From NCBI GenBank assembly GCA_043803945.1, contig JAZDJN010000063.1, positions 1-19,783 of the forward strand: a DNA stretch of 19,783 nt, written 5' to 3'. Numbering within the stretch: the stretch's first letter is position 1; the number at the start of each line of letters is the position of its first letter. The DNA is from a bacterium. GTDB lineage: Bacteria; Bacteroidota; Ignavibacteria; UBA10030. A model generated the notes under the pieces. It had not been told where the DNA came from. It searched no databases and saw only the letters and a program-made list of their open reading frames with translations. Of this stretch, positions 7,240-14,424 are shown one piece after another. A program made the position numbers and the translations under genes.

Positions 7240-10062
7240 TTAGAACTCCAAATTCATTCCTAGTTCAACCCGCCGTGGTTCTGAATAAAATGTGGGGATC
7301 CTGAACCATTCAGTGAGTGTGTTGATATATTCCTTTGGATTAGTCAGCCGTGCACGCGACTCATCAGAGGTGAATCCTGCACGCCCTGTATCATCAAATA
7401 CTCCGTATTCATTTCGAATATCAAAGAGATTATTAATTCTTGTGAAGAAGACCATCTTCATCGATGCGAGCTGCACTTCGTAATAGCCGCGCAAGTCGAC
7501 ATTGAAAAATGATTGTTTGAGTTGGCTGTTCGTGAGGATGGTGGAAATATCCGTAGAGCTTCGCGGGGTGTACGGAGTGCCGGAACCATAGGAGGCAATC
7601 ATGTTCAAACCCCAACTGGCTGTACTATAGGAAAGGACAACATTCAATGTATGCCGTTGATCCCAGCCAAGCGGCAGAAGCTGAACTTCGGGTAATGCTC
7701 CGCTCGTGAGCGCATTGCGGGATTCCTGCGGGTCCGAAGCGCTGCCCCGTGCAACCTGATAGGTATAATCCACAGTGCTGTTGAAACCGTTGGAGAAACG
7801 TTTCTCCAGTGTCAGGACAATTCCCTTGACGAATCCAAAGTCTGCATTCGTGTACCTGCTGTATTTCGACGCCCCGCCAAAAATGATGATTTCATCCCCG
7901 CGGGTACTTGTAAGATTTCTGATGTCTCTCAGATATGTTGTCACATCGACAGAGATATCATCGGTAAGCTGCTGCTGCACGCCCAATTCACCGCTGATGG
8001 TTTGCTCAGGCTGCAAATCGGCATTTCCGATGATTCCCTGGTTGCCAGTTCCAAGACCGATCTTGAATCGGGGATTCTCATAGAGCCGCTCAAAGCGAGG
8101 TATCTGGAAAAAATGTCCATAGGAAAAATGGACGATCCCCCGATCCGTAATTGGAAAAGAGACGCCGAGCCTTGGACTTACTGCAGATTTTGGCGAGGCA
8201 GACTTGAACCAGTAAGACTCACGTTCGGCAAGAGTCACCTCAGTTTCACCCGGATCCTGATTTCCGTTTCTATTCTGGTCATGGAATCGGTTCTGCGGCT
8301 TGATCGGGTTGTAAATACTCGGGTCGCTTGGATCACTCAGAATCTGTCCATCGGGTTGGAAGTAATCGTAGCGCACCCCGATATTCACAATAATATTTTT
8401 GAATTCCATTTTATCCTGGATGTACGCGGAGAACTCCCTCGGTTTCCTCTTGTAATAGTCGTGCGAGTTCGATGAAATATCGAGTATGCGCGTTCTGATA
8501 TAGGGATCTCCAGTCGCAACGTTCAGATCTGTCTGCGACTGAATCGGTTGAAGCTGGATATTCTCATATTCCATCATGTGAGTTCTGAACTCTATGCCAG
8601 CCTTGAGAAGGTTCATTCCATCGATCTGGCTTGTTACATCTGCCTTGATCAAAGCCGTTTGCGTTGACCGATGAAATTTTGATAAATCCGTTCCACCGGT
8701 CAGGAAGCTGTACGAATCATTCGAAATGAAGAGCAAGGGATGGACATAGCGCGGCCCGTTTGGATTGACAACCTCATATTGCCCCATAAATTGTCCGGTT
8801 GGAGAAATTGAATCGGCATACTGCAGATCGTACAGGTAGTACTTGAAATCTTTGAGGAAATAGGAACCGCCAATTGTATAGAAGGTGCTTGGAGTTACGG
8901 AGTGGGAAAATTGGAATATTACCGTGTGACTCTGGTTGTAATTGTTACCCATTCCTTCAGGATTGTAGAAGTACGATCTATTAAAAGGCTTCGCTTTGGT
9001 ATAATCAAAGATGTAGTTTGCCGAGAGTTTCATGAGGGAGGCGATCCGCCATGTCAGTTTTCCCTGAGCATAGTACCGTTCACTCCAGTTCATTGGTACC
9101 GTAGAACTATCGCCCTTTCCCGATTGATCCCGGAAGAGATGGAACACACCAAGGCTGTCTGTATAGGAAATATTGGAAGGATTAAACCGATTGAAGGCTT
9201 TTAGATACCCGTTAAAATAGATGTAGCGTGCATTGGCAAAAAAGGTGAGGTCATCTCCAAAGATCGGCCCGCTGAGGTTCGCCTCAATATTTCGAATGTT
9301 GGTGGGATTAAATTGATTTCCTGGAAAGAGCTCTTTATTAAACGAAAGGTAATCTCCACCATAAATTCCTACTCCACCTGTATATTTAATCCCTCCCTCT
9401 TTCGTTGCAATGTTTACAATACCCGACATCGCCTGGCCGTATTCTGCATTGAACGCTCCAGACACAAGCTGTAATTCTTGTATCAAACTTTTATTGATTT
9501 CAACAACCTGGGTGCCGTTGAATGCATCCGTGACCGGAACCCCATCAATCCAGTAAGCAACTTCTCCGCTGCGGCCTCCGCGCAAGCTTCCGGCAACGAA
9601 TCCAGCCTGGAGTGTGAGTACAGAGCTTACTTCAGAGACCGGCATCGCTGAAATGTCCTTACCACTGACAATCGCTGTTTTCGCAGTGAGATCCTTTTGA
9701 ACCAGCGGACGTTCTGCAATGACCACCACTTCGCTTGTCTCGATGGCCTCCTCTGACATTTCGATGTCGATCGTTGTCGTCAAATCGATATTCACACGTA
9801 CACCAGTCGTACGATACTGGCGATACCCAACCATCGACGCGATGATTGTGTAATCGGATGCTGGGACATTCAGGATGACATACCGACCGTCGAGATCCGT
9901 CACTGCACCCAGACGGGTATTCTCCAGCCGCACATTTGCTCCGATGAGTGCTTCACCGGTTTTCTTGTCTTTGATCACCCCCGTGATTTTTCCTGATGCG
10001 CCTCTTACGGTAAGAGTTCCACAGAGTACTGAGATGGCCAGTAGAGCTACAATCGGCTTCAA
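7240..10062 (-). CDS. TonB-dependent receptor with N-terminal carboxypeptidase-regulatory-like domain
   Basis: 'GKITGVIKDKKTGEALIGANV...TDLDGRY' N-domain, plug 'LRGGRSGEVAYWIDGVPV...GAFNAEYGQAMSGIVNIATKEG', and C-terminal Phe (PRRVELGMNLEF). Start moved from the track's 10107 to TTG at 10062, which has GAGGAG 7 nt upstream and directly precedes the hydrophobic signal. Confidence 0.92.
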   Translation of the reverse strand: MKPIVALLAISVLCGTLTVRGASGKITGVIKDKKTGEALIGANVRLENTRLGAVTDLDGRYVILNVPASDYTIIASMVGYRQYRTTGVRVNIDLTTTIDIEMSEEAIETSEVVVIAERPLVQKDLTAKTAIVSGKDISAMPVSEVSSVLTLQAGFVAGSLRGGRSGEVAYWIDGVPVTDAFNGTQVVEINKSLIQELQLVSGAFNAEYGQAMSGIVNIATKEGGIKYTGGVGIYGGDYLSFNKELFPGNQFNPTNIRNIEANLSGPIFGDDLTFFANARYIYFNGYLKAFNRFNPSNISYTDSLGVFHLFRDQSGKGDSSTVPMNWSERYYAQGKLTWRIASLMKLSANYIFDYTKAKPFNRSYFYNPEGMGNNYNQSHTVIFQFSHSVTPSTFYTIGGSYFLKDFKYYLYDLQYADSISPTGQFMGQYEVVNPNGPRYVHPLLFISNDSYSFLTGGTDLSKFHRSTQTALIKADVTSQIDGMNLLKAGIEFRTHMMEYENIQLQPIQSQTDLNVATGDPYIRTRILDISSNSHDYYKRKPREFSAYIQDKMEFKNIIVNIGVRYDYFQPDGQILSDPSDPSIYNPIKPQNRFHDQNRNGNQDPGETEVTLAERESYWFKSASPKSAVSPRLGVSFPITDRGIVHFSYGHFFQIPRFERLYENPRFKIGLGTGNQGIIGNADLQPEQTISGELGVQQQLTDDISVDVTTYLRDIRNLTSTRGDEIIIFGGASKYSRYTNADFGFVKGIVLTLEKRFSNGFNSTVDYTYQVARGSASDPQESRNALTSGALPEVQLLPLGWDQRHTLNVVLSYSTASWGLNMIASYGSGTPYTPRSSTDISTILTNSQLKQSFFNVDLRGYYEVQLASMKMVFFTRINNLFDIRNEYGVFDDTGRAGFTSDESRARLTNPKEYINTLTEWFRIPTFYSEPRRVELGMNLEF

Positions 10063-10109
10063 GGTAATTCTCCTCTCTATGAGAAAACAGTTCTTCAAAA
10101 CAGTCAATG

Positions 10110-11141
10110 TTACAGATGGACAACGGTATGCTCTTGCAAGCGCGTTGTTGTTCGTATCACCAGTTCTGGCTCGAACGTTTCATGAATAATCGGGAGAGAT
10201 GGATTACTCATTCTTTCTAATAATCTTTTTGCCGCCATCATGCCAATTTCCGACATCGGCTGGTGCATTGTCGTTAGCTGTACATACTCCGCCAGATCAA
10301 TATCATCGAACCCGATGATTGCGACATCCTCGGGGCAGTGGATTCCCTTTTCGCGCAACGCATTCAAGGCACCGATGGCCTGGATATCACTCGCAATAAA
10401 AAATGCTTCGGGCATCTCCTTCTCCATACTGATAAACTCCTGCATCAACCTGAACCCGCTTTCCCTGGTAAATCCATCAAGAATTGTTGAGGTATCATGT
10501 TTATGATACTGAGAGCGAAGAGGAATCCCTCTTTCCGTCAGGGCCTGTGTATAACCATGAAAGCGTTCCTTGGCCGGCCGGCTGTTCAGATTTGCGTTGA
10601 GCATTCCAATTTTTCTAAAGCCCAGATCGAGCAAATACGTGGTTGCTTTGAAGGCGCCCGACTGGTTTCGCACCGAGTATGAATCGAAATCTTTATGCTG
10701 TGCATCGACAAGAATGATCGGAGAGCGCGATGTGGAATGATCGATTTGAAATTCATTTGGCACATTCATTGAAAAGAACAGCACTCCATCGACAGCTTTC
10801 TGAATGCTATGATGCCTCCAGGCAATTTCCACCTGATCCGGATGGTTCACTCCTTGAAGGATCAAGGTGCAATCCTGCTCACTTAATACTGATTGGACTG
10901 CCTGCAAGATTTCTATGAAAAAGAATGTTGTGAAATACGGAATGATCGCAAGCACTGCACCTGTTTTCCTTCTTGCAAGTCCTCGTGCATAGGGATGCGG
11001 ATTATAGTTGAGTCGCTCAGAAATTTTTAGAACTCGTTTACGGGTCTTCGCTGAGACACTAGGATGGTTGTTTAGAACCCGGGAAACCGTGCCGATCCCA
11101 ACCTTTGCTTTCTTGGCTATGTCATAGATTGTTGGCGACAC
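10110..11141 (-). CDS. LacI-family transcriptional regulator
   Basis: N-terminal HTH 'TIYDIAKKAKVGIGTVSRVLN', hinge 'YNPHPYARGL', sugar-binding domain 'PEDVAIIGFDD...LTTMHQP...LVIRTT'. GTG start. Confidence 0.96.
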   Translation of the reverse strand: MSPTIYDIAKKAKVGIGTVSRVLNNHPSVSAKTRKRVLKISERLNYNPHPYARGLARRKTGAVLAIIPYFTTFFFIEILQAVQSVLSEQDCTLILQGVNHPDQVEIAWRHHSIQKAVDGVLFFSMNVPNEFQIDHSTSRSPIILVDAQHKDFDSYSVRNQSGAFKATTYLLDLGFRKIGMLNANLNSRPAKERFHGYTQALTERGIPLRSQYHKHDTSTILDGFTRESGFRLMQEFISMEKEMPEAFFIASDIQAIGALNALREKGIHCPEDVAIIGFDDIDLAEYVQLTTMHQPMSEIGMMAAKRLLERMSNPSLPIIHETFEPELVIRTTTRLQEHTVVHL

Positions 11142-11154
11142 TCTACTGTTCTCT

Positions 11155-11184
11155 TATTTTTATGGAAGGGCTTCCATAAAAATA
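11155..11184. promoter_or_regulatory. LacI-type operator (perfect 14-bp inverted repeat with 2-nt centre)
   Basis: TATTTTTATGGAAG-GG-CTTCCATAAAAATA. The core TGGAAG(G)GCTTCCA is one base from a CG-centred LacI palindrome. It lies 13 nt upstream of the LacI start and overlaps the -10 element. Confidence 0.85.
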
Positions 11185-11206
11185 CGCTTTTTGATTTCAG
11201 AGTCAA
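11179..11206 (-). promoter_or_regulatory. Putative housekeeping-sigma promoter of the LacI operon
   Basis: Minus strand TTGACT-N16-TATTTT, with the -10 element embedded in the operator arm. Confidence 0.6.
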
Positions 11207-11430
11207 GTTAAAAATCACTCTTAGTTCAATTTTTTTTGTTTCAGGTCAAATTCAGCCTATAGACTGAGGCCGTTCAAAGCATCAATTTAAAAGACTTTGT
11301 CCCTTCAGTTTAATACTCATGAATCGAGATTACAATGAAACCTTCTTAATGTAAGAACGTTTATTCGATAAGCCTAATGAGCCATTTCCAATACACTATC
11401 CTATCAACACACATCGAAGGAACAACTATT

Positions 11431-13122
11431 ATGCACAGGATCTATATCGTCTTGTTGCTTTGTGCAATGATTGCGACTTGCTTGTTTTCACAAGCTGACC
11501 CGGTTAAAAAAGGGCTTGAGTCAATAACAATTGACGCAGTAAAGGGCCAACTGGAATTCCTTGCCTCCGACTGGACAATGGGCCGAGAAACAGGAGAAAA
11601 AGGCTTATATATTGCTGCAGACTATATTGCCAGTATGTTTAAGGTGTATGGTGTCAAACCAGCTGGCGATAGAGAAGGCGGACGAGGCGGAAGATCAATG
11701 TTCATGTCCAGCCGTAATGTACGGATGCCCGAGCCTGTTACTACGTATTTCCAGAATTATCCCTTGGTTTCTACCGAGTCTGTGAGTGATCCCGAATTCG
11801 TGCTTATTGATCGAAGCGTTGCTGGTGAGAAAAGTTTATCCTTTCCATATCGTTCAGATTTTCAATTCCCTGTTACTTCCTATGGTATCAATTTCACTGC
11901 TCCCATAGTATTCATTGGGTATGGGTTAACTGATGAGAAGAATGGTTACGACGATCTTAAAGGAATCGATCTCAAAGGGAAGTTCGTGATACGTATTTCA
12001 GGATTCCCCGGTTCTAAGGACACCACATCACCGGCGTATAAGAAGTTCAGACCGGCGGAGCAACCCGCGCAGATGCAGTTTCCACGACAACAGGGACGAG
12101 GCGGTGGAAGGAATCAGCGTCTTGAGCAGTTGGGAGTTCTTGGAGTGCTCGATGTTAACGTTGCACCGGATATGCTCCTTCGCAATGCTACAAATTACCC
12201 CTTCCGATTTAATACGGCATTTTATGAAGGTGACGAACCGCTTTCTTCTTCCGGTAGGAGTATGAGGCTTGTTGAAGATAGTCTTTCAGGAGGAGTAGTC
12301 TCAATTACAATTTCTCAGAGAATTTTCAACGAGATTTTCGAAGGATCCGGAATTTCTCTTGAAGAGTTCGAAAAACAAGTCGCAAAGACGATGAAACCTG
12401 CGTCAAAAGTTATTCCTAATAAATTCATCTCTTTGAAATCGAGTGTCAAATCCAAAATCATTCATGGCCGAAATGTTATCGGAGTCATTGAGGGAGAATC
12501 GAAAGAAGAGATTATCGTCGTCGGAGGCCATTATGATCACATGGGAATGAGAAAAGGATACATCTATAATGGCGCTGATGACAATGCATCTGGAACAGTC
12601 GGTGTTATGACTATCGCCAAAGCATTCGCCGCTACGGGAGTGAAGCCGAAGAAAACTGTCGTTTTTGCCGCCTGGTCTGGTGAAGAGGAAGGGTTGCTTG
12701 GTTCTGCGTATTTTGTTAGCCGGCCATCCTTTGGAAAATTCCAGAATATCATTCTTAATCTTAACTACGATATGATTTCCAGAGATGCTGATAATGATAC
12801 CTTGAAGAATAATTGCGGCTATACATATACAGAGGCATTTCCTATGCTGAAGGAAATTGTCGAAAAAGCGAACAAGGATTATAATGTTTCCTTGAATTTG
12901 AATATCCGATCAGCACCTCGTCCAGGTGGAGGCAGCGATCATGCTTCGTTTTCTGCAAAAGACATCCCTGTGATGTCATTTATGGCTGCGATGCATCCAG
13001 ACTATCACCAGCCGATGGACCACGTCGACAAAGTGAACTTTGAAAAGATGACAAAAATCATCAAGATTGGATTCCTCAGTATTTGGGATCTGGCAAATTC
13101 AGATGCAAAATTGAAAAAATAA
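11431..13122 (+). CDS. Secreted M28-family metallopeptidase with PA-like insert
   Basis: Zn-ligand motifs GGHYDH, NGADDNASG, WSGEEEGLLGS, NYDMI, SDHASF and DYHQPMD. PA-like 'APIVFIGYG...DDLKGIDLKGKFV'. Start preferred at ATG 11431 (GAAGGA RBS, then signal peptide LFS|QA) over the track's 11377. Confidence 0.92.
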   Translation: MHRIYIVLLLCAMIATCLFSQADPVKKGLESITIDAVKGQLEFLASDWTMGRETGEKGLYIAADYIASMFKVYGVKPAGDREGGRGGRSMFMSSRNVRMPEPVTTYFQNYPLVSTESVSDPEFVLIDRSVAGEKSLSFPYRSDFQFPVTSYGINFTAPIVFIGYGLTDEKNGYDDLKGIDLKGKFVIRISGFPGSKDTTSPAYKKFRPAEQPAQMQFPRQQGRGGGRNQRLEQLGVLGVLDVNVAPDMLLRNATNYPFRFNTAFYEGDEPLSSSGRSMRLVEDSLSGGVVSITISQRIFNEIFEGSGISLEEFEKQVAKTMKPASKVIPNKFISLKSSVKSKIIHGRNVIGVIEGESKEEIIVVGGHYDHMGMRKGYIYNGADDNASGTVGVMTIAKAFAATGVKPKKTVVFAAWSGEEEGLLGSAYFVSRPSFGKFQNIILNLNYDMISRDADNDTLKNNCGYTYTEAFPMLKEIVEKANKDYNVSLNLNIRSAPRPGGGSDHASFSAKDIPVMSFMAAMHPDYHQPMDHVDKVNFEKMTKIIKIGFLSIWDLANSDAKLKK

Positions 13123-13138
13123 GGAGAGCCATATACGA

Positions 13139-13173
13139 TATAGAAAAGCCCAGCATTGCTGGGCTTTTCTATA
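13139..13173. terminator. Intrinsic, probably bidirectional, terminator after the M28 gene
   Basis: TATAGAAAAGCCCAGCA-T-TGCTGGGCTTTTCTATA, a 17-bp perfect inverted repeat with A/T tracts between convergent genes. Confidence 0.85.
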
Positions 13174-13197
13174 AATGTGCTCTCCATATTGATAAGT

Positions 13198-13236
13198 AGA
13201 AAAAGCGTCAATACGCAAGTGTATTGACGCTTTCTA
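13198..13236 (-). terminator. Intrinsic terminator after the HU gene
   Basis: AAAGCGTCAATAC-GCAAGT-GTATTGACGCTTT 13-bp stem; on the minus strand it is followed by a T-run. Confidence 0.8.
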
Positions 13237-13254
13237 TGAAGCATCATTATTCTC

Positions 13255-13545
13255 TTACTTCTTCACTCCGAGGACCGCCTCTTTGCAGGCTTTTGCAACC
13301 CTAAATTTCACGACAGTCTTCGCCGGTATTTGAATCTGTGCACCAGTCGCAGGATTACGGCCAATTCTGGCTTTCCGTTGGACGAGCACCAGCTTCCCGA
13401 CACCTGGAAGGGTGAATGAGTTTACTGCTTCACGATATGCCAATCCTGCCATCTCTTCCAATATTGCCACGGCAGTTTTTTTCTTGAGTTCAAATTTGCT
13501 GGCAAGGTGTGCTGCAATTTGACTCTTTGACATTGGCTTTCCCAT
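13255..13545 (-). CDS. HU/IHF-family histone-like DNA-binding protein
   Basis: 96 aa, basic; 'MSKSQIA...LPGVGKL...RKARIGRNPATG..IQIPAKTVVKFR'. AGAGGA RBS upstream. Confidence 0.95.
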   Translation of the reverse strand: MGKPMSKSQIAAHLASKFELKKKTAVAILEEMAGLAYREAVNSFTLPGVGKLVLVQRKARIGRNPATGAQIQIPAKTVVKFRVAKACKEAVLGVKK

Positions 13546-13648
13546 ATTAATGTCCTCTCTATAAGTTTGAAGATATTTAGATTATTTAAAGTAACTTAAA
13601 CTGATTACGATAACTACTTACACCACAAAAGACCTTCAAATTCTCCAG

Positions 13649-13678
13649 CAAATATAGGTATTTTAGAACTAATGTCAA
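13649..13678 (-). promoter_or_regulatory. Putative promoter of the HU gene
   Basis: Minus strand TTGACA-N16-TATATTTG, matching both a sigma70 -35 and the Bacteroidota-type TAnnTTTG element. Confidence 0.6.
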
Positions 13679-14179
13679 CAGGAAAATCAAAATTGTTCAA
13701 TATTTATAGGCCTTTTTTACTATGCCCCTTTTTTATTGAAAAACAACAGGTTACGCGGTTAGAAAAACGTCGAATTTATCGATAAATTCAATTAATAGCT
13801 CTATTGTTACTTTTAACATTTTATGATGAACTTATTCCTTTAAATCTTGACAAAGCGACTCTTACCAAGAATCTTCTTTGAAAATTGGAGTTGCTTGATT
13901 TGAGATGTTTCTCCTCATCCACCTGTAAAAAAAACATTACTATTTTCACTTTCACGTCAAAACTTTTCTAAAGGCTTATTTTCTCATATCAGGCAATCTG
14001 ATTAGTTGGTTCAGAGAACTCGATGGTTCATCTGAGATGTTCACTCGAGAAATTCTGCACTTCTAAAATTATCCTTTAAATTTTATCTGAAAAAAAATCA
14101 TAGAAGAACCGATTCATTCAGGAAGAGTATGTTTTGCTTCTCGAGAATAATAGCAGAACAATATTATTTAAGTTTTTTC

Positions 14180-14210
14180 TTGTCTTTTATACCAATCTTA
14201 TTTAGGTTTG
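14180..14210 (+). promoter_or_regulatory. Putative promoter of the Oar-like receptor
   Basis: TTGTCT-N17-TAGGTTTG (TAnnTTTG) at the point where the AT-rich tract ends. Confidence 0.45.
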
Positions 14211-14424
14211 AACCGTCTTCGTAGTCTGGAAGAATCGGTGGGCCCTGGGTACTCTATTGCGTCGAGAACAATATCTATCTTGAATACAACCTGTATGTAC
14301 ATTTCATACCGTGATTCATCAAGGTTTGCGAAAATCAAATGTACTACGGTTTACTCTCTCACGATTCTTTTCTTTATTAATTTCACATTCCTACAACTCA
14401 AACTTTTTTCATAAGGAGCGCTTT

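Noticed and set aside
10063-10107. ORF-track N-terminal extensions (10107 for the receptor; also 11377 for M28 and 14311 for Oar)
   Set aside because: Downstream starts at 10062, 11431 and 14425 have SD sites and place the signal peptide at the N-terminus.
11670-12120. Gly/Arg-rich patches in M28 (EGGRGGR, QQGRGGGR) as RGG RNA-binding motifs
   Set aside because: Short low-complexity loops in a secreted peptidase, with no support for a separate function.
13546-14200. AT-rich tract as a replication origin
   Set aside because: No cluster of DnaA boxes (TTATCCACA) and no dnaA/dnaN/rep genes nearby.
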